DNA of 63,179 bases, filler included, from Octopus bimaculoides (GCF_001194135.2; 3 parts of 2 records of this genome joined end to end with filler, not necessarily neighbours in it), one strand, 5' to 3'. Positions 12,961 to 25,194 are shown, counted from the whole stretch's first letter. The notes: generated by a model not told the origin, from the sequence alone. A program made the numbers and translations.

Positions 12961-13597
12961 TATAGATACATAGAATAAAACTATTTACCCCTTATGCCAA
13001 AACGTTAGACATGTTTTAATTAAACAAAAGTATATGTGTATATAAAAGTTTAACGCATTTTAAACCTTTTGTCAGTATTTTTTCTGTATACGCATGAATT
13101 CATGGATGCATGTATGTATGCATGTATGTATATTTATAAATATGTATGTTTACTGATTTGTTGGTATACTATATTTTATTTTATTTACATTGCCATATTG
13201 TATTATCTATAAACTGTTAGAATGTATATAAGAAGTGTACATATGTACATATACAAGTAGATATATCCATGTGTTTTTTTATTTTTTATTTTACTTTCTT
13301 TTATGTCTGTCTTTAGAAATAATAAGCATGTGTATGATAAATTTATACGTGTGCAAATAAAAATAGATATATGTATATATATTTTATTTTATCTATAATA
13401 GTAAGAATGTATGTATAGATGGATACATGCTTATGTGTGTTTTTATGTGTACATACACACGTGTACATATATGGAAATATACACATTACATTGTAAGTGG
13501 GTTCGAATTTCAACCCAGCATATATTAATATTGATATAACCAGTAAAAATAGTGAGAATATTAGTAAGAAGCATATAGACATGCATCTATCTGTCTG

Positions 13598-13630
<33 letters not shown>

Positions 13631-14469
13631 AAATATATACTACATTATAGGTGGGTATATGGAAGAATATGTATACGGTGAGAAGCGGAGTAAGGATACC
13701 TACTAACTTATGTTTCTTCTAATAGTTTTAAGAAAACAAAAAAAGCTAGACGGTAATAAATTAATTTTAAATAGACGCCACATTCGTGTCTAAAATGTGA
13801 CGAGTTGTTTTGTCGCGAAAGACAGAGGGTAATTGAGATCCTTCACAGAAGCAAAGAATCAGTTGATAAGTTCTGAAATGATCAGTATTCATCGCTTTAT
13901 CACTTTAGTATCTTTAAATGCTTAATCTTTTTCTTCACTTTATTGTTTATTCTGTTTAACACTTTCTTCCTTATTATCTGATCATATAGACAGAATTGTA
14001 ATTTATAGTTAACCAGACACTTTTTTTTTCTACGATTTCTTACTTTCTGTATTTTGTATTTTGATTATATCTTGTCAGTCACTATATCTATGGGTTTAGT
14101 TTTGTCTGTAAACTGCTGGAAATGGCACACCACTTTAGGTATGCATTCTTCACTGAGTAAAATGACGGTAGGATCTAACAAAGGGCTTATTTAAACAGTC
14201 ACCTGAGGAGGCGACTTTTACGCCTTGAATGGATGATAATAATTACACAGCATTTCAGTAATGTACTATAGGTGTAAAACTCTGTCGAAACAATTGTACT
14301 GATTAAAAAATAAAGAATGCCGTCCATTTCATTTTCAATCATTTATCTAATTATATTTACGGATAGTATGAGATCCCTGATGTAATAGGAGAATTTCCAC
14401 TGTATGATGACATCAGGTAACCAATTACTGTGGTAAAGCTTTACATAGGATTCTACAGGGTTTTTCCAT

Positions 14470-14570
14470 CTTCAAATCCACTCACAAGGCTTTGGTCAGC
14501 CCGAGACTATAGTAGAAGACACTTGCCCAACCATGTGGTTGGATAACAAACCTCTTACTACACAGCCATA
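14470..14570 (-). mobile_element. SINE family C, 5' fragment
   Basis: caaatccactcacaaggctttggtcagcccgagactatagtagaagacacttgccca, as in other family C copies. Confidence 0.8.
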
Positions 14571-14966
14571 TAAATGCATACATACACACACACACACACA
14601 CATACNNNNNNNNNNNNNNNNNNNNNNNNNNNNNNNNNNNNNNNNNNNNNNNNNNNNNNNNNNNNNNNNNNNNNNNNNNNNNNNNNNNNNNNNNNNNNTA
14701 TATATATATAATTATAATATTACATTATATGCAGTCTTAAGAAGGCTAAGCAAGTCGAAACTTCGAAGGTCACTGTCAACAATATTCTAAAAGAAACAAA
14801 ACAAATCAAATGTATACTCTATAAAATGTACAGAGTAATCCTTTAATTTAATACAAAAAATTGCTTGGTGAGCTGGCAGAGTTGTAAGCACGGTGGGAAA
14901 AATGCTTCGCGACATTTCGTCTGACTTTACATTCTTAGTTCAACTCCACCAGAAATTAATATTATA

Positions 14967-15632
14967 TTGGGTTATCCCATAAATAATGTGAATTTTTTTT
15001 ATACTTCTTGTATTTTTCAAAATTAAAATATACAAAGTTCTTTTTAAATCTCCTTTACCTTGTACAATGCTCTTCCATTATCTGGTAGATTTGCAAGGCT
15101 CCTCTTCCAAAATTCACTTGTACGTGACGAAAAATACTCCTCCAGTACTGTTATGATCTCATCTACAGAATTCATATTTTTTCCGTCCAAATGATCTTTG
15201 AAGACTGCGGAATAAATGATAATCAGATGGGGCAATGTTCGGCGAAAAGAGTGAGTGGGACATCGTTACCCATTCAAACTGCTCCAGCCTTTAGAATATC
15301 ATCTTCGCTGTATGTGGCCGAGTATTATCCTGATGAAAGAGCACCTTTCGTATTGAAACTAAAGATGGTCGTTTTTCCTCTAGCGCAGGTATCGATGAAT
15401 GGTTGAATGACCAGACCCAAGGTTCTCTGCTAGTTCCTCAACAGTTACGATGGGATTTTGTTTCCACAAGGGTTTGCAGGACGTCCTCGTCGAGCTCTAC
15501 AGATCTTCCAGGACGATGCTCAACTTTTAGGGTGTAATTTCCGGCGCGGAATTTCTGGAATCACCGTTGACACTGGCTTACGCTTATTGTCTGATCCCCA
15601 TATACTGCGTTAATATTCCTCGCACTTTCCGT
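14967..15632 (-). mobile_element. Internally deleted mariner-like element (same family as 21322-22294)
   Basis: TIR ta|ttgggttatcccataaataatgtg. Minus-strand ARNINAVYGDQTISVSQCQ...EELAENLGSGHSTIHRYLR joined directly to ALEEKRPSL...FHQDNTRPHTA...APSDYHLF...SRTSEFWKRSLANLP. Confidence 0.85.
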
Positions 15633-16024
15633 TATATATATATATATATATNNNNNNNNNNNNNNNNNNNNNNNNNNNNNNNNNNNNNNNNNNNNNNNNN
15701 NNNNNNNNNNNNNNNNNNNNNNNNNNNNNNNNNNNNNNNNNNNNNNNNNNNNNNNNNNNNNNNNNNNNNNNNNNNNNNNNNNNNNNNNNNNNNNNNNNNN
15801 NNNNNNNNNNNNNNNNNNNNNNNNNNNNNNNNNNNNNNNNNNNNNNNNNNNNNNNNNNNNNNNNNNNNNNNNNNNNNNNNNNNNNNNNNNNNNNNNNNNN
15901 NNNNNNNNNNNNNNNNNNNNNNNNNNNNNNNNNNNNNNNNNNNNNNNNNNNNNNNNNNNNNNNNNNNNNNNNNNNNNNNNNNNNNNNNNNNNNNNNNNNN
16001 NNNNNTTGTATGTATGCATATGTA

Positions 16025-17342
16025 CAGGGTGGGATAGAGAGGACGGACGGTTTTGAAATGACTATTTCTCAGCCCCAGAGGGAGGGAGATATGTCCGACA
16101 GGTACCATTCAGTCCGCGGTGTCTTAGCATTTATTTTTCTTTTCAAGTGAAACCATGGCGCTTTGGACGATAGATCATCGCGCGTTTTGTCTACGACAGT
16201 TACGTGAAGAAAACGAGTCTGTCACAGCAGTTCAGCGTGAGTTTCGGTGCCACTTCAACATTCACCGAAATCAAGCTGTTCTTAGCCGTAACACAATCTT
16301 ACGTTGAGTGAATGAATTTCGTACACGAGGTACACAATGAATAAGAGACCAGTGGGGGCGCCACGAACGGTGCGGCACCCGGAAAATGTGGAACGCGTCA
16401 GACAAGCTTTGAAACCGAGTCCGAATCACTCTTCTCGGAAGCATTCCACTGAGCTTGGCATCGGTAATCGATCGGTAAGGCGTATTTTGCATGCAGACCC
16501 TTACAGATTGGTCATTGGGCAACAGTTGAAACCATGGGACTATGCATAGCGGCTTAACTTCGCACGTCACATGGAAGCAATTTTTGAGGCAAATGACAAC
16601 CTCATTTTGTTAATTAGTGATGAAGATCATTTTCATATCAATGGCATGGTGAATCAACAGAACTGTCGTTATTGGGCTCTTGAAAATCCGAGAGAACTGC
16701 ACGAAAGACCACTGTATAGCCCAAAAGTGACGGTCTGGTGTGCTTTTGGAAAAGCTGCCGTCATTAGTCCTTACTTTTTTGAGGACAATAATGGAAATGC
16801 TGTTACTGTGAACTCCGAGCGTTACATCGAGCTGATAAACAACTGAATTATGACGAAAACGTATGCCTATTCGACATGTGTGGTTTCAGCAGGATGGGGT
16901 GACGATCCAGACAGTCAGAGCATCAATGGACGTTCTTTGTTCTCTCTTCGGCGACCACCTCATTTCCATGTTTACTGACATTTCTTTACCCCCTGGGTCT
17001 CCTGATTTGTCCATGTGTGATTATTTCTTGTGGGGAAACCTCAAGGCACGTGTGTATGTGCATAAATCCCATACATTGAACGATTTGAAGGAAGCTATTT
17101 GCATGGAAATCACCCAAATCGACAGAGCAATGCTGGAGAGGGTGCAGGCCAACTTCCAAGAACGCCTTCAGAAATGCAGCAATGAAAACGGACACCACAT
17201 GATGGATGTTGCTTTTCACGCTTAATTTTGACAAATGCTAATTCAATAGAAACATATTGGGATGCCAATAAAATTTGTTTGCAGCTAAAATTGATGATTT
17301 TGTGAATTTTTCAAAAACGTCTGTCCTCTCTGCTCCACCCAG
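16025..17342 (+). mobile_element. Tc1/mariner transposon, DD41D (rosa-like), full length 1318 bp, decayed transposase about 16156-17225
   Basis: TA TSDs on both sides. TIRs cagggtgggatagagaggacggacggttttgaaa / tttcaaaaacgtctgtcctctctgctccacccag. Motifs ISDEDHFHING, PKVTVWCA, WFQQDG and PPGSPDLSMCDYFLWG; 41 residues counted between QQD and the D of CD. Several frameshifts and stops. Confidence 0.92.
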
Positions 17343-17826
17343 TATGTATATATCTATATATGTACACGTGCACACATGTATACATGAACTTCATCCTTCT
17401 CATGATATTATAAATATATTACTCATGTAAATTAAACGAAATATACATGGAAAGGACTAAATGGATCTCCGTCGTTGGTTTTCGACGACGACTATTCCAG
17501 TTTTTTCATTAATAGAACTACCAATTCATTGTATTAGAATGTAGATGGCTGTGTATTTCGCAGACAATTGTTTCCTTAGCATATTTCTCGGACAGAATCG
17601 GCCGGACGCAAAGTTTGATGATGTTGGATCTTTGAATTATTGGTGAAATCCATGCACTGAGCTTCCGCACAGTTTCCGTCTACCCAATGTATATCACAAG
17701 GACTGGGTCGACCTGAATTCTTGAAATGCCACACAATATGATCGAACTCGAGATTGAGAAGGTTATGATTTGAACCTCTGAATCCCACATCCATGGATGC
17801 TTCTATTGACGTGTACTTTCTTTCTT

Positions 17827-17829
<3 letters not shown>

Positions 17830-17887
<58 letters not shown>

Positions 17888-18228
17888 CACACACGTGGCT
17901 AAATACGTATATAAACGCAGACACACACACATATTGAGAGAGAGAGAAAGCACGTTAAGAAAAGAGAAAGAATGAATTAGAGATAGATAGGTAAAATGAG
18001 AAAGGGGGGAGAGAGAGAAAGATAGAGTGATGAAGAGTGACTGAAAGTGAATAGGAGAGAGATTGACAAAGGGAGTGAAAAAGAGTGTAAGAGAGTGATA
18101 AGGAAGAAAAAAAAAGAGAGCTAGAGATAGAGAATGAATGAGCGAGAGATATAGTGTGAGACAGAGAGTGAAAGAGTGTGAATAAAAGAGATGAAGAGGG
18201 GTGGAAAGAGTGTGGGAGAGCTGTAAAT

Positions 18229-18275
<47 letters not shown>

Positions 18276-18310
18276 TATAGATAGATAGATACAAAGACAG
18301 AGAGACAGTA
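17830..18310. repeat. (CT)n and (GA)-rich low-complexity tracts
   Basis: Seen directly. Confidence 0.8.
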
Positions 18311-18760
18311 AGAAAGGAGAGGATGTGACAGAGCCAGTGAGAAAGGAAGAATTTTAATATCGACATTTATATGATTTCTGTTATCGGCTTATTGACAAAC
18401 ACGTTGTTGTCTCCCTTATTTACTTATACTCGCTCTTACAAAACCACACATTTGCACGCACACACACGTGCACATACACACATACACAATTATACACAAA
18501 CACACGCGAACACATATGACGTTCATGCACACAGCTATAGCAGCCATCGTATATACACGCATGCTGAGACATTCATACATACACCTACACAAACACACAC
18601 ATGCATACTTACAACATAGATATACCGATACACGTGCACATACTACATACGTCTATATATGCAAAAAGATAGCTGTATTAATGTGAATACCACTCACACA
18701 CGTGCTGCCTACATGACTGAAATAGATGCACACAAACACAGACCCCTACGCTAACACATA

Positions 18761-18860
18761 CATATATACACATGAATACACATATATACACATAAATACA
18801 CATATATACACATAAATACACATATATACACATAAATACACATATATACACATATAGATA
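18761..18860. repeat. 20-bp minisatellite (catatatacacataaataca) about x5
   Basis: Seen directly. Confidence 0.85.
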
Positions 18861-18887
18861 CGAACACATACACTTATATGCACTCGT

Positions 18888-18924
<37 letters not shown>

Positions 18925-19032
18925 CACAAACACACAAACATGCGGCACATAACCTCAATGATAGAAGCTTAGCACACATACGTTTACACATCCACATTTT
19001 GCAGATAGAAACACATATACACAAGCGTTCAT

Positions 19033-19068
<36 letters not shown>

Positions 19069-20990
19069 ACACATACACTCATATACGTATATACACATAT
19101 ATAACTACAAACGCCTATACATATATGCTCGCGTAGAGATACATACCGCACGTATCCTCCATGATAGAAGCGTAAACATATACACACAAGTAACCATGAT
19201 GATATATTTACATATACATGATTTCATAGAAATATAGAAACATACATGCAAGCACTTGTTGCACATACACACACACATACACTCACACGTACGCACGCAC
19301 GCACGCACGCACGCACGCACGAACGCACGCACGCACGCACACACATACATACAACACATCAATATTGCTGAACACATACATATTAGGTAGTGGAATACGC
19401 CCACACACTCAGAAAATTATTGCACACTTGCTAAAATATTCACATACATAGTTTCATCGCATAGTTTCGTCACACCATGCAAACATATAGATTCAAAAGC
19501 AGACACAGCATATACGCATATATACGTACGTTTATGCATACATACATACATACATACATACATACATACGCATGCATGTGCACGCATTCTTGCCTTAGCC
19601 AGAACATGGTGACGTCATGCACACATAGAAAATATTGTCACCATACAAATCAAACACCCATATATATATATATATATATATATATANNNNNNNNNNNNNN
19701 NNNNNNNNNNNNNNNNNNNNNNNNNNNNNNNNNNNNNNNNNNNNNNNNNNNNNNNNNNNNNNNNNNNNNNNNNNNNNNNNNNNNNNNNNNNNNNNNNNNN
19801 NNNNNNNNNNNNNNNNNNNNNNNNNNNNNNNNNNNNNNNNNNNNNNNNNNNNNNNNNNNNNNNNNNNNNNNNNNNNNNNNNNNNNNNNNNNNNNNNNNNN
19901 NNNNNNNNNNNNNNNNNNNNNNNNNNNNNNNNNNNNNNNNNNNNNNNNNNNNNNNNNNNNNNNNNNATATATATATGCATACACACATGCGCGCACATAC
20001 TCACACAAACAGAATCACACTTATACGCCCACTGAAAAAATATGTATGTACAGTAACACAGATACATATTGCCGTACACAAGTGCACATACACACATACA
20101 CAATAACATATTCAGACACACAACATACTCACACAAACGCACAAACACACACATACGTTAGCATATACCAACACATATATCCTTGCTTTCAGCCCACTCG
20201 TGCCTCTGCTTTCCTGAAATATCTATCAGAATAGTCAACGATCTAGTTTCGATTCCTTCAATAGACACTTCATTTTACTCACATTGTCCGCCTAAATATA
20301 TTCACGAACATTACACTGGACACTATGACGTACAAGTCACGCTATTGCTCTATCATTATCGCATTTCTAATTTTGTAATACTGATAGTCCCTACACGTGA
20401 ATACTGTGGCCGTTGGGTAGTACAAGCTCATCAGCCCATACAGCGTGAGCTGTACGAAAAAACAAAAATCGTCGGGATTCCTCGCCGTAATCAATTACAT
20501 AAATAATTCTGATATTCACCAGCGTAATCGATCAAATTTGCTCCATGCATGACGTGTAACTTATTTTATTGAGCATACCCGAAGTATGAAGAGTAGAGTC
20601 TACCTTTCAAATCGACATCATGCATATATAATACTATATATATGCTGACCTTTCAGAGATTCGTGACAGAACGTCAATATGGTCAATACTAATGGATTTA
20701 TTATAGGGCTCTAACAATTCTGCCAATGTACCGACCTGTAAATCATAATTTACAAAATGTTAAATCTTGTGGAGCAAATTTTAAGACTTTGGACATAGTG
20801 AGACACCATGATCCGGTTTTAAATTCCACTGAAAGTTTAATTCATAGTACTTACACCATCAACGTAGAATACCAACAAACTGACGTTTGACATCCTGTCT
20901 GCTTTGCTAAATGGAGCTTCGTATATATAACTGCAATCAAATGTGATGCATGCTACTTTCTTTCGTTTTTTCACTTATTCGTGTGAGTGC

Positions 20991-21059
<69 letters not shown>

Positions 21060-21076
21060 CCTACCTACCTACCTAC

Positions 21077-21136
<60 letters not shown>
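20991..21136. repeat. (TATC)n/(TACC)n microsatellite
   Basis: Seen directly. Confidence 0.95.
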
Positions 21137-21139
<3 letters not shown>

Positions 21140-21321
21140 GTATATGTTCATATAAATATATATANNNNNNNNNNNNNNNNNNNNNNNNNNNNNNNNNNNN
21201 NNNNNNNNNNNNNNNNNNNNNNNNNNNNNNNNNNNNNNNNNNNNNNNNNNNNNNNNNGAGACAACGCACCGCTGTGAATCGAACTCACGACCTTACAGTC
21301 GTGAACAGCTTACCGTAACTA

Positions 21322-22294
21322 TTAGGTCATCTCTCAAATAATGTGGTTTTTTTGAATAGTATGAACTAAAAATCGGAGGGGGATGGAATAAACTGGCTGC
21401 ATCAACTTGCTATAAAAGCAGGTAGTAATTTTGTCTTGCACTTGTTCTTAGTGCAAGTTTTGAAGAGTACAGTTCGATTTTAACAGTTATTTTTCAAAGC
21501 TATAATGGAAGTGACAAAGGAACATATTCGGTATATTTTGCTTTATGAGTTCAATAAAGGCAACAGCACAATGAAAAGTGCGAGGAATATTAATGCAGTA
21601 TATGGGGATCGGACAATAAGTGTAAGCTAGTGTCAATGGTGGTTCCAGAAATTCTGAGCCGGAAACTACAACCTGGAAGATCTGTAGCGCTCGACGAAGA
21701 CGTCCTGCAAACAAAATCCCATCGTAACTGTTGAGGAACTAGCAGAGAAGCTTGAATTTGGTCGTTCAGCCGTTCATTGATACCAGCGTGCAATCAGAAA
21801 AGTTACCAAATTGGGTCAATGGGTTCCTCACAAACCTTTTGAGTCTAATTGCACGCAGAGAGTGAATGTGTTCTTTTCTTTGCCGTCACATCTCACGAAA
21901 CGAATGAATCATTTTTGGATCGAATAGTGACTGGAGACGAGAAATGGGCTCTCTATAAGAGTGTCAAGCACTGAAGAGAGTGGGTACGGAAAAGAGAAAC
22001 AGCGGCACTCCAGGCTAAATTAGGTCTTCACCCACGTAAGGTGTTGTTATCTGTTTGGTGGGATATGAAAAGTTTAGTTCACTTCGAACTTTTAAACCTA
22101 AATTAAACGATAACAAAGGAAATTTATTGCGAGCAGCTTGAGCTGCTTAAGCCAGCGCTAGGAGAAAAGCAATCATTTTTGGTTTCAAGACGAAAGGCGT
22201 TCTTCCAGCAGGATAATGTTCGGCCACATACAGCGAGGATAGCATTCCAAAGACTGGAACAGATTGAATGGGAAAGGATGCCCCTCCTACCATA
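21322..22294 (+). mobile_element. Decayed mariner-like transposon, 3'-truncated by a Penelope insertion
   Basis: ta|ttaggtcatctctcaaataatgtgg TIR. ATG at 21505: MEVTKEHIRYILLYEFNKG...ARNINAVYGD; WVPHK; IVTGDEKW; KVLLSVWWDMK; FQQDNVRPHTA. Stops at the M-P-x-x-P-Y segment. Confidence 0.9.
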
Positions 22295-22379
22295 CAGTTC
22301 TATATTTAATAGATGAGGAATGTACATTATTTACATTATTTACGTTTGACGGATATTTGTCCTCATCTTGTTTGTTGTT

Positions 22380-22425
22380 AACACAACGTTTCGGCTGATA
22401 TACCCTCAAGCCTTCATCAGGTGTC
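22380..22425 (-). ncRNA. Candidate minimal type I hammerhead ribozyme
   Basis: Minus strand GACAC CUGAUGA A GGCU(12 nt)AGCC GAAA C GU U GUGUU: stem I GACAC/GUGUU, stem II GGCU/AGCC, palindromic ACGU in place of stem III. Motif only; no activity data. Confidence 0.6.
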
Positions 22426-22496
22426 TTGGGGAAATTTCGAACCTGGGTTCTCATTCCTAACGTATTTTTCGATGTTATTATTATTATTCAAGTCCC

Positions 22497-22562
22497 TGCT
22501 TGGAATCGAACTCGGAAGCTTGGGGTTAGTAGACCACGCTCTTAACCACTACGCCATATGCC
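22497..22562 (-). promoter_or_regulatory. tRNA-like segment with Pol III A box and B box inside the Penelope 3' repeat
   Basis: A box TGGCGTAGTGG (22556-22546) and B box GAGTTCGATTCC (22513-22502); second copy at 42310-42388. Confidence 0.6.
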
Positions 22563-23616
22563 ACATGGAGTGAACTTTTACGCCATATGCCCGTCAGTAA
22601 TTATGGAGTGAATTTTACTGCTTATAAATCCAATATTTTCCTATCCTTCCTTAATACCAGTTCCCATATGCTATTCATATCTGCACTCGATCTGCTTAGG
22701 AGGTTGTTGTGTCCTAGAATATGTGCTGCTTTTAGTTTTAGTATTTTCCAGTGGTGCTCTCTGTCTATTATTTTAACTTCATCCCACAGGGAGAGGTGTT
22801 CTCCATTTTTCCATACATGATCAGCTATACCCGATTTATCAATATCTCCCCGTGTCACAGCTTTGCATTGTTCGTCTACCCTTATTTTNNNNNNNNNNNN
22901 NNNNNNNNNNNNNNNNNNNNNNNNNNNNNNNNNNNNNNNNNNNNNNNNNNNNNNNNNNNNNNNNNNNNNNNNNNNNNNNNNNNNNNNNNNNNNNNNNNNN
23001 NNNNNNNNNNNNNNNNNNNNNNNNNNNNNNNNNNNNNNNNNNNNNNNNNNNNNNNNNNNNNNNNNNNNNNNNNNNNNNNNNNNNNNNNNNNNNNNNNNNN
23101 NNNNNNNNNNNNNNNNNNNNNNNNNNNNNNNNNNNNNNNNNNNNNNNNNNNNNNNNNNNNNNNNNNNNNNNNNNNNNNNNNNNNNNNNNNNNNNNNNNNN
23201 NNNNNNNNNNNNNNNNNNNNNNNNNNNNNNNNNNNNNNNNNNNNNNNNNNNNNNNNNNNNNNNNNNNNNNNNNNNNNNNNNNNNNNNNNNNNNNNNNNNN
23301 NNNNNNNNNNNNNNNNNNNNNNNNNNNNNNNNNNNNNNNNNNNNNNNNNNNNNNNNNNNNNNNNNNNNNNNNNNNNNNNNNNNNNNNNNNNNNNNNNNNN
23401 NNNNNNNNNNNNNNNNNNNNNNNNNNNNNNNNNNNNNNNNNNNNNNNNNNNNNNNNNNNNNNNNNNNNNNNNNNNNNNNNNNNNNNNNNNNNNNNNNNNN
23501 NNNNNNNNNNNNNNNNNNNNNNNNNNNNNNNNNNNNNNNNNNNNNNNNNNNNNNNNNNNNNNNNNNNNNNNNNNNNNNNNNNNNNNNNNNNNNNNNNNNN
23601 NNNNNNNNNNNNNNNN

Positions 23617-23659
<43 letters not shown>

Positions 23660-23814
23660 ACACACACACACACACACACATATATAGTTAATGCGAGAAA
23701 GTTAAGTCCTCATTAGGGATTATATAATCCAACGTATTCCACTGGTCCAATCCATATCATATAATAGTAAAGTCATTTGTATATATTTAGGATTATTCAA
23801 ATTATTAATATTGA

Positions 23815-24190
23815 GAGGAAAGCAAGGAGAAGAAAATGGAGAATAAATGGATGTGATTACCGATTTATTTGCATGTTGTAAGAAGATGGTATTTTTTAAA
23901 AATCATTTCAAATAAATTTGGCAGTTGAAAGCTCAAAAAAACGTTAAGAAAAAAACCCTCCAAAACATAAGAACCTACATATATATATTTCTGTCAAACA
24001 AATAAGTAGATGGGGAACTCCAAATCATGTTGTTTAATGTCAAGAAAATTGCTACATTCATACTATTTTATGGTTAGACTTCTTCAGGGTTCAAAAAGAC
24101 CAGAGTTTTTTAAAAAGTCATCTTTCTACAACATGCAAATAAGTCAGTAATTACATCCATTTATTCTCCCGTTTCTTCTTGTTTTCCTCC

Positions 24191-24191
<1 letters not shown>
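23815..24191. mobile_element. Fold-back/MITE-like element with about 85-bp inverted arms
   Basis: 23815-23900 is the reverse complement of 24106-24191 (ggagaataaatggatgt.attac.ga.ttatttgcatgttgta). Confidence 0.75.
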
Positions 24192-24227
<36 letters not shown>

Positions 24228-24267
24228 NNNNNNNNNNNNNNNNNNNNNNNNNNNNNNNNNNNNNNNN

Positions 24268-24436
24268 GTAAATATATAAAAACAAAAAGATAAAGAGAGC
24301 AAAGGTAAGGTTGGAGAAGTATTTTATGGATAGAGTCTTACAGCTGTTTCTGGGAAGATCCAGTACTTCCCTTCATCGGAGACAGAAAACCTTACCTTTG
24401 CTCCCTTTATCTTTTTGTTTTTATATATTTACATAT
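24268..24436. mobile_element. Small fold-back/MITE-like element with about 45-bp inverted arms
   Basis: gtaaatatataaaacaaaaagataaagagagcaaaggtaaggtt ... aaccttacctttgctccctttatctttttgttttatatatttac. Confidence 0.75.
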
Positions 24437-25194
24437 ACACACGCTAATACACGACTTATAATACCCAATCCTGTTCATACAACGACTGGGGCAAACTAGT
24501 CGGTATACAGCACTTACTTGGTATTACCTGTATCCTCCTGGGTTTGGTTAAATCCAATACCCTCCTCCACCTTATATATATATATATGTATGTATAATGA
24601 GGCAGCTAGTTAGCAGAGTTTCACGTAAAAGGAAAACAATAAACGTCATTAGATATGCAACAACAATAGTCATCTTGATAGCGTTTGAATATCATGCGAT
24701 CTTTTTTTTTCTCTTATGTGTCTTGGCAGGATGTTAAAGAGAGCAAAGCCAGTTGAGATGAAATAGTTCTGACTTAGTGTTGTGTCATATAGATACCTAA
24801 TATGATAAATGCGAAAACTAATTTGTCTGTCAGTGTATCACACTTAGACCCCCTCTTTCACAATTCAATGACACTCTTACTATTCCGCATGATGGGGAGA
24901 GAGTAATAGTAGGCATAAGACACGGTGAGGGTAGTGGCGAAGACAAACAGAGAGAAAGAGAGAAAGAAAAAGACACCCAAGGGAAATAACCCATAGCATC
25001 TGCATAATATTTTTTTAAACACTCAAGAGAAATAACCCATAGCACCTGCATTTACCGTTGTTAGTTTTTTAGCGAAGCGATCAATATTTGATTCTCACGA
25101 TCAGCCGACCTAATTCTGCATTTCACTACTCAGTTTTGAATTGCTAAACTTTATTATTGCACTTCCTTAATTTGAATATTAAGGCTTAAAGACT

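Larger units (their letters stand above)
22295..22888 (-). mobile_element. Penelope-like retroelement: GIY-YIG endonuclease C-terminus plus 3' repeat
   Basis: Minus ORF 22888-22622 KIRVDEQCKAVTRGDIDKSGIADHVWKNGEHLSLWDEVKIIDREHHWKILKLKAAHILGHNNLLSRSSADMNSIWELVL fits the REH..S.+A+H...H...+...E.....R...E..HI......N pattern of PLE GIY-YIG domains. Upstream part hidden in the 22889-23617 gap. Confidence 0.85.

Noticed and set aside
22497-22562. tRNA-like segment as a true tRNA gene (ACT anticodon-like loop)
   Set aside because: Acceptor stem does not pair properly, and it is embedded in a Penelope repeat in both copies.
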